Source: a virus
Lineage: Duplodnaviria > Caudoviricetes
Reading direction: 5' to 3' (one strand)
DNA: 35,506 nt
Virus record (IMG/VR): IMGVR_UViG_3300046823_000374
Coordinates: 1-35,506 of that record
Each line of letters starts with the position of its first letter. Positions within the stretch are counted from its first letter, which is position 1. The notes below the pieces were generated by a model. The model was given only the letters and a program-made list of their open reading frames with translations, was not told the origin of the DNA and made no database searches. Position numbers and translations under genes: made by a program. Of the stretch, positions 1 through 7,695 are shown piece by piece.

Positions 1-127
1 GGTTCTGCCGAAACCGGGGCGGAAGATAGACATACTCTTCAACCGGGACACCGATTCCCATTGAGGCCGTCACATTCTGCACCACGGGTATTGGCACGGG
101 TTGGTTGATAAGGGCTTCGCGCAGGAG
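1..127. repeat. Terminal direct repeat, copy 1 (circular assembly overlap)
   Basis: 1-127 is identical to 35380-35506, and the repressor ORF continues in frame across the junction. Confidence 0.95.
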
Positions 128-391
128 TTCATCGATCGATCGTGAAGACGTTCTTTCCCCATCTCGTGGGTCTTCTTCGCGAACTGCGCGTACCACGACT
201 TCAAGCGAAAGTCCGAACGCCTGCGATACCAACTCGATTGACGGGAGTTCGGGAGGTAGCCCCTTGCCTGCAAGCCACTTGCTCACGGTCTGCGCGCGCA
301 GCCGACCGCCGGTCGCGCGGACCAGATCGGCTTGCTTCCAATCCCGTTCGTCAAGTTGATCCTGGAGCCAAACCGGAAACGGTTTCGCCAT
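1..391 (-). CDS. CI/LexA-like repressor, N-terminal part (XRE HTH); continues at 35379 down to 35090, 226 aa in total
   Basis: ATG at 391 with GGAGG RBS. Translates MAKPFPVWLQDQLDERDWKQADLVRATGGRLRAQTVSKWLAGKGLP (XRE HTH) and joins in frame to the S24 domain ORF at the right end. Divergent from the cro-like gene. Confidence 0.9.
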   Translation of the reverse strand, partial: MAKPFPVWLQDQLDERDWKQADLVRATGGRLRAQTVSKWLAGKGLPPELPSIELVSQAFGLSLEVVVRAVREEDPRDGERTSSRSIDELLREALINQPVPIPVVQNVTASMGIGVPVEEYVYLPPRFRQN

Positions 392-437
392 TTTCGCCTC
401 CAACAGAGGCGATTCTAACTTGAAGTTGTAGAAATCC

Positions 438-466
438 TTGACAGATTCAATCACAGGTGCTAAACT
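438..466 (+). promoter_or_regulatory. Sigma70-type early rightward promoter (PR-like)
   Basis: TTGACA (438-443), 17 bp spacer, TAAACT (461-466), upstream of the cro RBS GGAGG. Confidence 0.8.
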
Positions 467-484
467 CGCATTTGGAGGTGAGAA

Positions 485-736
485 GTGAGGTATCGGGTGA
501 CACATCTCTGGGCTGTTCTACACGCGCAAGAGCGATCGCTCTCGTGGCTGGCGCGGCGCATGGGATACACGCAGCAGTATCTCTCTCTCCTGAAAACAGG
601 GCGTCGAGCGCAGGTTTCCGAACGATTCGCAAAGGCCGCGAGTGCTGTTCTGAACCTGCCAATCGAAGCCCTTTTTTTGCCAGCGGAATCACCTGTGAAT
701 GATGAAAAATCGCTTGCGGATGTTGCCGCCGACTAA
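485..736 (+). CDS. Cro-like XRE HTH regulator
   Basis: 83 aa; SLSWLARRMGYTQQYLSLLKTGRR HTH and LNLPIEALF tail; divergent from cI; RBS present. Confidence 0.85.
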   Translation: MRYRVTHLWAVLHAQERSLSWLARRMGYTQQYLSLLKTGRRAQVSERFAKAASAVLNLPIEALFLPAESPVNDEKSLADVAAD

Positions 737-805
737 CGCCACACGCCCACGATAGGGCAGGTCAAGCACAGCGTGGCGATTTTGGCTGGAAGGAGGAAAT
801 GGGAC

Positions 806-982
806 ATGCGAGAAGACGGACCGAGCCGTGGCCGGCCCCGGCAATGCGACCTGGTGAACGATCTGATGGATTTGCACGCGCGCCTGATACGCGAGCAACA
901 GAACGTGAAACGGATGACAGAGCGCGCACTGTGGATGGAGCAATCGCTACGGAAGAACGGACAGCACGCCGAGAACCGCTGA
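806..982 (+). CDS. Small hypothetical protein (coiled-coil-like)
   Basis: AGGAGG at 791-796 is correctly spaced for ATG 806; 58 aa MREDGPSRGRPRQCDL... Confidence 0.5.
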   Translation: MREDGPSRGRPRQCDLVNDLMDLHARLIREQQNVKRMTERALWMEQSLRKNGQHAENR

Positions 983-1022
983 GCAAGAGCGGTCTGCGGC
1001 ACATGCAAGAAAGCGTACAGAG

Positions 1023-1247
1023 ATGCTAGCAAACGTGAAGACAAAAAACCAGCCTCCCACTCCCTCACCCTCGCCCCTGATGGTGCGGGTGGCGGGCGCG
1101 GCAAAGCTGCTTGATGTCAGCGGCACCACGATCCGCCGCTGGTGCGCGAGCGGCGATTTGCCGTACGGCTGGTACCAGGGTCAGCGGCGGATCAAGGTCG
1201 AAGACATTGAGAAGTTCGTGGAGCGAGTGAGGAGGGGAAAACTATGA
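1023..1247 (+). CDS. Excisionase-like HTH (HTH_17/MerR-like) DNA-binding protein
   Basis: VAGAAKLLDVSGTTIRRWCASGDLP...RRIKVEDIEKFVE pattern. Confidence 0.8.
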   Translation: MLANVKTKNQPPTPSPSPLMVRVAGAAKLLDVSGTTIRRWCASGDLPYGWYQGQRRIKVEDIEKFVERVRRGKL

Positions 1248-1423
1248 CGAGGTGGATTGACAGTGAGGACGTGCCGGAGTGGCTTGTGGCGTTCCGGCAG
1301 ACGCTGGCGGCGATTGAGCGGGAGACACTGCTGCGGAAGTATCAGCGGGACAGCTGGATTGTCGCCGAGGGGCGGCGGATCGAGCAGGAGCGTGCACGGA
1401 TGGCAGAAGGCGGGGGCCAATGA
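1244..1423 (+). CDS. Small hypothetical protein (59 aa, below the ORF-track cutoff)
   Basis: ATGA overlaps with the neighbouring genes on both sides; GGAGG RBS; MTRWIDSEDVPEWLVAFRQTL... Confidence 0.65.
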   Translation: MTRWIDSEDVPEWLVAFRQTLAAIERETLLRKYQRDSWIVAEGRRIEQERARMAEGGGQ

Positions 1424-2310
1424 GCGCGGATAACGCGATCGCCTTGCGGCCAGTGATGGAGGTCACCTCGGAGGAGCGGTTCAGCCGCGAGGACATCGCG
1501 CTCATCCGGGACACGGTCTGCCGGGGTGCGAGCGACGCGGAGTTCCGCTTGTTCATCAATCAGGCCGTGCGCACGGGGCTCGACCCGCTGGCGCGGCAAA
1601 TCTACTCCGTGCCCCGCGGCGACGGCAGGACGATCCAGACGGGGATTGACGGCTATCGCCTGATCGCGCAGCGCACGGGCGAGTACGCGGGCAGTGATGA
1701 CGCCGTGTACGACACGGAGACGGAGACCAACCCGGGGCGCGCCACGGTCACGATCTGGCGGTTTGTTGCCGGCGAACGGTGCGCCTTCACGGCGACGGCG
1801 CGGTGGACGGAATACAAGCCGGCCGCGGGTCAGGATCACATGTGGAAGAAGATGCCCTACCTGATGCTGGCGAAGTGCGCGGAAGCCCTGGCGCTGCGCA
1901 AGGCGTTCCCACAGGAACTATCCGGCATCTATACCGACGCGGAGATGGAGCAGGCAGGCACGGTGGACAGCACGGCGCGCGAGGTGCGGACGGGCGGGCG
2001 ACCGGTTGCGATTGCACGCGGGCCGGTCGGCGGATCGACGCGGCAGCAACTCCGTGAAACAGTAGCGAACACTACAGCGCGCCCCGTGAAGGCCTCCATC
2101 GCCCCGATGCCAGCGGGGCCGAATGAGGACGACGCAGTGCTGCGGGACGAACTGCGGGAGTTGGGTACGCGCGGGTTCGATCTGAACAAGTTCCTGACGG
2201 GACGGAACAAGGAACTGGACGACCTGACGCGCGGGGAGCTGGAGGGCATTCTGCCGGCCGCGCGTGACGTGGTGCAGAAGAGGGTGGAGCGTCTGACGCA
2301 GCACGCATAA
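1420..2310 (+). CDS. bet: Phage single-strand annealing recombinase (Bet/RecT family)
   Basis: GLDPLARQIY, QTGIDGYRLIAQRTGEYAG and WKKMPYLMLAKCAEALALRKAFP motifs. Confidence 0.92.
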   Translation: MSADNAIALRPVMEVTSEERFSREDIALIRDTVCRGASDAEFRLFINQAVRTGLDPLARQIYSVPRGDGRTIQTGIDGYRLIAQRTGEYAGSDDAVYDTETETNPGRATVTIWRFVAGERCAFTATARWTEYKPAAGQDHMWKKMPYLMLAKCAEALALRKAFPQELSGIYTDAEMEQAGTVDSTAREVRTGGRPVAIARGPVGGSTRQQLRETVANTTARPVKASIAPMPAGPNEDDAVLRDELRELGTRGFDLNKFLTGRNKELDDLTRGELEGILPAARDVVQKRVERLTQHA

Positions 2311-2320
2311 ACGGCGAGAC

Positions 2321-2350
2321 GGGGCGGGCGCGGCAATCGTGCCCGCTTTT
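2321..2350 (+). terminator. Intrinsic terminator, copy 1 of a duplicated pair
   Basis: GCGGGCGCG-GCAAT-CGTGCCCGC-TTTT. Confidence 0.7.
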
Positions 2351-2366
2351 CTGTCGGGAGGATGGT

Positions 2367-2852
2367 ATGGACACGCGAGCGTACGGCACGATCCCGAGTG
2401 AAGAGTACTTCGAGGATGGCGACTGGCTGCCCGCGGCGGACCTCGAAAAGATCGCGGATCGCCTGATCGAGACGAAGCCTGATCTTGTGCACCTGTACCA
2501 GTTCAAGACGATGTATTTCTGGAAGCGGACGGGTGGCGTGACGGGCGGGCAACCGACGATGGGCAAATGTCGCCGTGTCTCGGGCGATCTCAAAGCACTG
2601 GCGCCAGGCGCGGACTTCATGGTCTGGCTCGCGGCCGATCATGCTCGGGAACAGGAAATCACCGTCTATCAGGCAGAAGCCTTCCTCTTCCACGAACTGA
2701 TGCACACCGCACAGGACGACAAGGGCAGTCCGCGCATCCGGCCGCATGACTTCGTGGGCTTCACCGCGGAGGTCCGGGAATACGGGCTGTACGACCAGAT
2801 GCTCCAGGAGGCGGGAACGGCCTTCCAGCAGTTGGCTTTGGTTCCTGCGTAG
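2367..2852 (+). CDS. Putative phage metallopeptidase (HExxH)
   Basis: FHELMH motif followed by RPHDFVGFTAEVREYG; GGAGG RBS. Confidence 0.8.
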   Translation: MDTRAYGTIPSEEYFEDGDWLPAADLEKIADRLIETKPDLVHLYQFKTMYFWKRTGGVTGGQPTMGKCRRVSGDLKALAPGADFMVWLAADHAREQEITVYQAEAFLFHELMHTAQDDKGSPRIRPHDFVGFTAEVREYGLYDQMLQEAGTAFQQLALVPA

Positions 2853-2863
2853 ACGACGTCATG

Positions 2864-2892
2864 GGGGCGGGCGCGGCGACGTGCCCGCTTTT
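2864..2892 (+). terminator. Intrinsic terminator, copy 2 of a duplicated pair
   Basis: GCGGGCGCG-GCGA-CGTGCCCGC-TTTT. Confidence 0.7.
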
Positions 2893-2911
2893 GTATCACC
2901 TTGGGGGCGGG

Positions 2912-3892
2912 ATGAGTGTTTGGGCGCAGGCATGGGCATACGAGCAGCGCGCGGGCTCCGCAGGCGCGAAGGCTGTCCTTGTCGCGCTCGCGGTCTTCGC
3001 GGACGAAGAAGGGTTGTGTTACCCGTCGCAAGAGCGGATCGCGGGCATGACGGAGCAAGGGGTCCGCACGGTCCGGTTGCATCTCGCCTCGCTTGAAGAG
3101 ACGCGGTTGATTGAGCGGCGGCGGAGACGACGACCAGACGGCAAATTCCTGAGTGATGGATTCGTCTTGCTCGCACCCGCAAAGCGCCTGAAGCCGCACA
3201 TTCCTTCCCCCGACGAAACCCTGCGGCAGATTCTGCCAACGGCAGATATTGCCGCTGGTTATCCAGTGGCAGAATCTGCCGCAGGTGAAAAGCCGGATTC
3301 CCTTACAGGGCAAGGAAACAGTCCAGTGGCAGATTCTGCCGTCGGCAGATCCTGCCAACGGCAGAAAACTGCAGAACCAGCGGCAGATTCTGCCAAACCC
3401 CCCAGACCCCCCTATAAGGAAGAAGTTAATTTAACTGAACCGTCAAAGGGAGCTCGCTTCGCTCGCCGCGCACGCGCGCGCGAGGCCGAGCACAAAATGT
3501 CTCTCGAAGATTTTCATCCAAACGAGAAACAGATTGACCAGGCCATCGGCTACGGCGTGCCCGCAGAGCAGGTGGCCTTCGAGACGGAGCAGTGGCGCGA
3601 CCACCACACGGCGAAGGGCGACGTGGTGAAAGACGCCGCGGCCTCGTGGCGAACGTGGATGCGGAACGTGCCGAAGTTCAGTCGGGGCAGCCCCACTGGT
3701 CAGTACAAGAACTCACAGGAAAAGACGCAGGACGCAATCACACGATACGCCGAAAGGATCAAGCAGAGTGGAACGACTGAAGACCATGAACCCGTCGCAG
3801 TTGAGCGCGCTCGCATTGCTGATCGGAGCGTTCCGCTGGACGATGGACGACCTCGCGATGGCGTCATGGGGCCACTACCTCGCAGGGATTGA
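2912..3892 (+). CDS. Phage replication initiator (N-terminal wHTH, C-terminal DnaT-like domain)
   Basis: KAVLVALAVFADEEGLCYPSQERIAGMTEQGVRTVRLHLASLEE wHTH; C-terminal WRDHHTAKG...AASWRTWMRN; iterons inside the gene as in lambda O. Confidence 0.85.
   Translation: MSVWAQAWAYEQRAGSAGAKAVLVALAVFADEEGLCYPSQERIAGMTEQGVRTVRLHLASLEETRLIERRRRRRPDGKFLSDGFVLLAPAKRLKPHIPSPDETLRQILPTADIAAGYPVAESAAGEKPDSLTGQGNSPVADSAVGRSCQRQKTAEPAADSAKPPRPPYKEEVNLTEPSKGARFARRARAREAEHKMSLEDFHPNEKQIDQAIGYGVPAEQVAFETEQWRDHHTAKGDVVKDAAASWRTWMRNVPKFSRGSPTGQYKNSQEKTQDAITRYAERIKQSGTTEDHEPVAVERARIADRSVPLDDGRPRDGVMGPLPRRD
3225..3437. repeat. Replication origin: seven palindromic 13-bp iterons plus an AT-rich tract
   Basis: GGCAGAWTCTGCC-like copies at 3225, 3241, 3268, 3328, 3344, 3360 (degenerate) and 3382, then TATAAGGAAGAAGTTAATTTAA. 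Confidence 0.8.
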
Positions 3893-4280
3893 CGCCGACA
3901 CGCTCCGCGATGTGATCGACCATTGGGTGCTGCATGAATCGCGGCCGCCGTCGATTGCGGATCTCGTTGACCGTCTCGCGGCGCGGCGCGGCGCGGACGC
4001 AGAGAGCGCATGGAAGCACGTCCGGTCCATCCTCATGAGCGGCGGCTTTCGCGATCGCGTCCACGGTGGCTTTCAGCCACGGTGCTTCACGGGTGATCTT
4101 GCGCTGGAGGATGCCGTCGCGTCTGCCGGTGGCTGGGCTGACCTCGCAAAATCAGACGAGAAGGATCTGGTCTGGAGAAAGATGGATTTCGTCGCTGCCT
4201 ATGCAAAGCAATCGGGCATCCATCAGTCGCTTGTGGCACTCACCGCTGGGGCGAAGGAACTGACCGATGGCCGGAGCTAG
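3786..4280 (+). CDS. Putative helicase loader/inhibitor-like replication protein (G39P-like)
   Basis: Directly downstream of the initiator; W..YL.......LRDVIDHW......PPSIADL...AESAW pattern. Confidence 0.6.
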   Translation: MNPSQLSALALLIGAFRWTMDDLAMASWGHYLAGIDADTLRDVIDHWVLHESRPPSIADLVDRLAARRGADAESAWKHVRSILMSGGFRDRVHGGFQPRCFTGDLALEDAVASAGGWADLAKSDEKDLVWRKMDFVAAYAKQSGIHQSLVALTAGAKELTDGRS

Positions 4281-4791
4281 CGCCACGCCAGTCGGAAGCC
4301 GCCTGTGGGAATCCTGGCTGAAGGGGTTCAAAGCCTTCGTTGCCCTCACGGAAACCCGGTACGTGAAGCGCGTTGAGGAGAGCCAGGAGCGCCCAGAAGA
4401 CACCGGTCTCGCACGCCGCGCCGATCTATTGGGCCGCGAACTCGTCTTCTCGATGGCGCGGACGGATCACTTCGAGAAGACGGGCGAAGTCCTGCCGCAT
4501 CCGAGCGAGGCGAAGCGTGATGAAGGGTCTGCATGTGACCGTGCAGTGCGGTACACGGCAAACCCTTCATCATCTGATGAACGACGGTTCGCGGCCATCT
4601 ATCTCTGCCCCGTCTGTAAAGCGACCGAGGCGTCGGCGGGGCGGTTCGCGCGGGCGGACGTGATGCCGGGGAGCAAGCACTTTGGCGTGCGGATTCCCTG
4701 TCCGAAGTGCTGCCCGCAGGAGCACGGCGCATACGTCATGGCACATGGGGCAGCGCCGAACATGACGCCGGAACTGGCAGGTATCCGATGA
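4267..4791 (+). CDS. Hypothetical protein with C-terminal Zn finger (CPVC...FG...CPKC)
   Basis: AAGGA RBS, overlaps both neighbours, two CxxC pairs. Confidence 0.7.
   Translation: MAGASATPVGSRLWESWLKGFKAFVALTETRYVKRVEESQERPEDTGLARRADLLGRELVFSMARTDHFEKTGEVLPHPSEAKRDEGSACDRAVRYTANPSSSDERRFAAIYLCPVCKATEASAGRFARADVMPGSKHFGVRIPCPKCCPQEHGAYVMAHGAAPNMTPELAGIR
4518..4572. repeat. Dispersed palindromic element, copy 1
   Basis: TGATGAAGGGTCTGC-N25-GCAAACCCTTCATCA (arms complementary at 14 of 15 positions). Confidence 0.85.
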
Positions 4792-5084
4792 CCGCGCTTC
4801 CCGATGGCTGGGAAATCCCGCGCTGGAATGCCCCTGCCCCCGTGCCGCTCACGAAGGCCATGCTCATCGCCTGGATGAATCGGCATCACGGCTACCACGT
4901 CGCGGATGACATCAGAATGGGCGAGCTCTCGGAGATGATCGAAAACAGCTATGGCGAGCGCGTACCGAATACGGGCGGCGGTGCATGGCCCGCGACATGG
5001 GATTGCTGGGCGGCAGTGGTGAAGCACGAGCGGGAAATCCGCGGTGGGCAGTTACGCCTGATTCCGAAGGATGGTGCCGCATGA
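4788..5084 (+). CDS. Hypothetical protein
   Basis: ATGA coupling at both ends; 98 aa MTALPDGWEIPRW... Confidence 0.65.
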   Translation: MTALPDGWEIPRWNAPAPVPLTKAMLIAWMNRHHGYHVADDIRMGELSEMIENSYGERVPNTGGGAWPATWDCWAAVVKHEREIRGGQLRLIPKDGAA

Positions 5085-5626
5085 AACCGCTCACGGCATC
5101 ACCTTCTCGCCAGCCCGGACGCGTGACGATGACGAAGCAGCACGCCCTGACGCTGCGCGGCGTGCTCCTCTGGCTGGAACAGCAGCCCACGCCCGACCCA
5201 CTCGAACTGGACGTGCTCACCGCGATCGTCGAACGGGTGGAGCGGTTCGCCCACGTCGGCGCTTTGGTCAGAATCCGCGCCAAGAACCTGGGGACGCCAC
5301 CGAGCGAGAAGAAGCGGCAGGCGGCACGGGCCGCGCTCGTCAGGGCGCGGGCCAAGAAGTTCGGCTACGCGGCGCCGGAGTGGACGCCGGAGGAGAACGG
5401 ACTCTTCCGCCACCTGTGGGCGGAGACGGACACCCCGGCGGAGGAGATCGCGGAGCGCTTCGGGCGCACGCTGACCGCCGCGCGGACACATGCGATGGAG
5501 CTGGGCGTGCGGCGCTGTCCGGGCTTTGCGGCCCGCACCACGACGCTCGGTCGGGCGCGGGCGGTCATTGCGAAGCGGCGGGCGGCCGAGGCGCGAGCGC
5601 GACGGGAGGTGGAGTTTGGCGACTGA
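5081..5626 (+). CDS. Hypothetical protein with C-terminal GcrA/Myb-like HTH
   Basis: WTPEENGLFRHLW...AEEIAERFGRTLTAARTHAMELGV. Confidence 0.65.
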   Translation: MKPLTASPSRQPGRVTMTKQHALTLRGVLLWLEQQPTPDPLELDVLTAIVERVERFAHVGALVRIRAKNLGTPPSEKKRQAARAALVRARAKKFGYAAPEWTPEENGLFRHLWAETDTPAEEIAERFGRTLTAARTHAMELGVRRCPGFAARTTTLGRARAVIAKRRAAEARARREVEFGD

Positions 5627-5954
5627 AGCGCGGGCCGTGCTGGATCTGGCGATCAGTGAAGAGGAGTTCATGCAGCAGGTGCTCGACTGCGCCCGTCTCT
5701 GCGGTTTCCTGTGCTATCACACCCGGGATTCGCGGCGTTCCGTTCCCGGCTTTCCTGACACCGTGCTCGTGCATCCGGGGCGGCCGGGCCGACCGGGTAC
5801 GGTGCTGTTCGTCGAACTGAAGCGTCAGGGAGGCCGGCTGACGGTCGATCAGAAGCAGTGGCGCGATGTGCTGCTCGCCGCCGGCGCACGCTGGTTTTGC
5901 TGGCGTCCGGACCAATGGGATGAGATCGAGGTAACGCTGAAAGGGGCGGCATGA
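5616..5954 (+). CDS. VRR-NUC family nuclease (putative Holliday junction resolvase)
   Basis: SEEEFMQQV, GFPDTVL, FVELKRQGGRLTVDQKQW PD-(D/E)xK motifs; TTG start after GGAGG. Confidence 0.88.
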   Translation: MATEARAVLDLAISEEEFMQQVLDCARLCGFLCYHTRDSRRSVPGFPDTVLVHPGRPGRPGTVLFVELKRQGGRLTVDQKQWRDVLLAAGARWFCWRPDQWDEIEVTLKGAA

Positions 5955-6178
5955 TGCAGGAACCCCTGATTGTCACATCGACGGCTTTTCAACGTGGCAT
6001 CGGCGATATCTTCTGGCGCGACGTCTTCATCGATCAGCGCACGGTCGTCGTCACCCGCCACGGCCGGACGGTGGGGGCACTGCTTCCCCCCCAGGCGTAC
6101 GAGCGGTATCGCCGCTGGCGTCAGGAGCACGATGCGGTCGATCTGGCGGCCGCGCGGCTCTGGGAGGTGACCCTGTGA
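5951..6178 (+). CDS. Phd/YefM-like antitoxin-fold protein (orphan)
   Basis: VTSTAFQRGIGDIF...TVVVTRHGRTVGALLPPQAYE matches the Phd N-terminal pattern. Confidence 0.7.
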   Translation: MMQEPLIVTSTAFQRGIGDIFWRDVFIDQRTVVVTRHGRTVGALLPPQAYERYRRWRQEHDAVDLAAARLWEVTL

Positions 6179-6843
6179 AATCCACGATGGGGTCAGTTGG
6201 AAAGGGTTTGCATGAGGACCGTTCTGGCGGTTCATCGCAAACCCTTTCCAAACGCGTTGTACGCCTCGCTGACGTGCGTTTGGCGCGAAAAGGCAATCCA
6301 CACCGTTCTGCCCGATTGCGCGTCGTGTGGGGCATCTCAGCCGCTTTGCTGTATCTGCTGTGCATCATCGGCGCCAACTGGCTGCTCGCCACGTTCGGCG
6401 TCGTCACCATTCTCGGTCTTGCCATGCCCGCGGGCGTCTTTGCCGCGGGCGTCAGTTTTGGCGCGCGTGATTGGCTTCAGGAAACGGCGGGGCGGCCGGC
6501 GGTGATCCTCGGTATCGCCGTCGGGGCGATCCTCTCAACCGTGGTCTCACCCCTCCGGTACGCGCTCGCCAGCGGACTGGCGTTCCTGTTCAGTGAGACG
6601 TGCGACATGCTGGTCTACAGCCCACTGCGCACGAACCATCGTGCCTGGGCCGTGACCGCGTCGAATACGGTGGGCGCCGTCGTCGACAGTGCCGTGTTTC
6701 TCCTGATCGCTTTTGGCACGCTCACGTTCTTCTGGGGGCAGGTGCTTGGCAAGGAACTCATGATCGCGCCGGCGCTGGTGGTGCTGTGGCTGGTGCGCGG
6801 CCGTCGCGGTGGTGCGCCTGCTGCCGTGGCGGTGGCCTCATGA
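6175..6843 (+). CDS. VUT/YhhQ family (queuosine precursor) transporter
   Basis: Multi-TM protein; ANWL, PAGV, F.ARDWLQE, ASGLAFLFSE..D..VY, SNTVGAVVDSAVFL.IAFG motifs. The true start may lie further downstream. Confidence 0.85.
   Translation: MKSTMGSVGKGLHEDRSGGSSQTLSKRVVRLADVRLARKGNPHRSARLRVVWGISAALLYLLCIIGANWLLATFGVVTILGLAMPAGVFAAGVSFGARDWLQETAGRPAVILGIAVGAILSTVVSPLRYALASGLAFLFSETCDMLVYSPLRTNHRAWAVTASNTVGAVVDSAVFLLIAFGTLTFFWGQVLGKELMIAPALVVLWLVRGRRGGAPAAVAVAS
6197..6251. repeat. Dispersed palindromic element, copy 2
   Basis: TTGGAAAGGGTTTGC-N25-GCAAACCCTTTCCAA (perfect 15-bp arms). Confidence 0.9.
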
Positions 6844-7163
6844 CTCGCGGTACGGCCTCTCCCTACCCGGTGTACGTGGACACCACGACCGGCGCCCGCA
6901 TGAAGCACTGCCCAGGATGCGGCCAGGAGCGCAGCGTCGACGCGGGTGAGTTCGCCACCCGGTACAACCCGCATGGAACCGGCGTGCAGTACCGCCACCA
7001 GTGCCGCGCATGCGAGGCGGCGCGGGGCAGGGAGTATCGGGCGCGGCTGGGCGAGGAGTATCGGGAGCGCGAGGCGATCCGCAATCGCGAGCGGTGGGCG
7101 GCGGTGTGTCGCCGCAGGAGGGCAGAACGATGGCGAAGATCCTCGTCGGACGTTCGGACGTGA
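6840..7163 (+). CDS. Zn-finger protein (CxxC...CxxC) with basic tail
   Basis: KHCPGCGQE...EF...QCRACEAAR; ATGA overlap. Confidence 0.65.
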   Translation: MTRGTASPYPVYVDTTTGARMKHCPGCGQERSVDAGEFATRYNPHGTGVQYRHQCRACEAARGREYRARLGEEYREREAIRNRERWAAVCRRRRAERWRRSSSDVRT

Positions 7164-7648
7164 CGGAGATGCTGGCGATGACTGATCCGACCCATCGGCA
7201 GACGCCGCCCTTCCCGTGGGGGGCGCTCCGGTTCATCTTCACCTCCGGGGGCGACTATTCAGCCGATCGAACGCTGATGCCTGTCACGATGACCGCGCAC
7301 CGGAGCAGCGATGGCATCCGCGGCGCGGCGCTCGCACGTGCGGACTGGGGGCCCGTCACGACCGCGATTCAGCGCGCCTTCCACGAGTCACGGGAGCGTC
7401 ACCGTCTCCATCAGACGCATTGGCAGGTGCTGATCGCGTGCGAGGTCGGCATGGTCCAGCGTCCGGATGCGCGCGGCCACCTCCAGTGGTGCGTCTATTC
7501 CTCTGCGCATCCGAACTCCGTCGTGCCCGATGACGAGGCCGCACGCATGTTCGGCATCGCGGTGACGTCGGTGCGCACCTACCACAGCGACGTGCGCCGC
7601 GCCATCGAAGACGAGTGGGATTCCATCCACGCGGGATACGAGGGTTGA
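7130..7648 (+). CDS. Putative late-gene regulator (C-terminal sigma-R4-like HTH; Q/RinA position)
   Basis: AGGAGG RBS; PDDEAARMFGIAVTSVRTYHSDVRRAIE HTH; last early gene before the late promoter. Confidence 0.6.
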   Translation: MAKILVGRSDVTEMLAMTDPTHRQTPPFPWGALRFIFTSGGDYSADRTLMPVTMTAHRSSDGIRGAALARADWGPVTTAIQRAFHESRERHRLHQTHWQVLIACEVGMVQRPDARGHLQWCVYSSAHPNSVVPDDEAARMFGIAVTSVRTYHSDVRRAIEDEWDSIHAGYEG

Positions 7649-7673
7649 CAATGGCCCACGCGCTCAATATGAT
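7645..7673 (+). promoter_or_regulatory. Late promoter (sigma70 consensus)
   Basis: TTGACA (7645-7650), 17 bp spacer, TATGAT (7668-7673). Confidence 0.85.
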
Positions 7674-7695
7674 TTGACTGAACACTCGTACTGTC

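Noticed and set aside
3225-3394. CRISPR array or mini-array
   Set aside because: The repeats are 13 bp with irregular 3-47 bp gaps inside the initiator gene, and no cas genes are present; they fit iterons.
6120-6330. preQ1 riboswitch upstream of the VUT gene
   Set aside because: No preQ1-I stem with the A-rich 3' tail is visible; the hairpin here belongs to the dispersed palindrome family.
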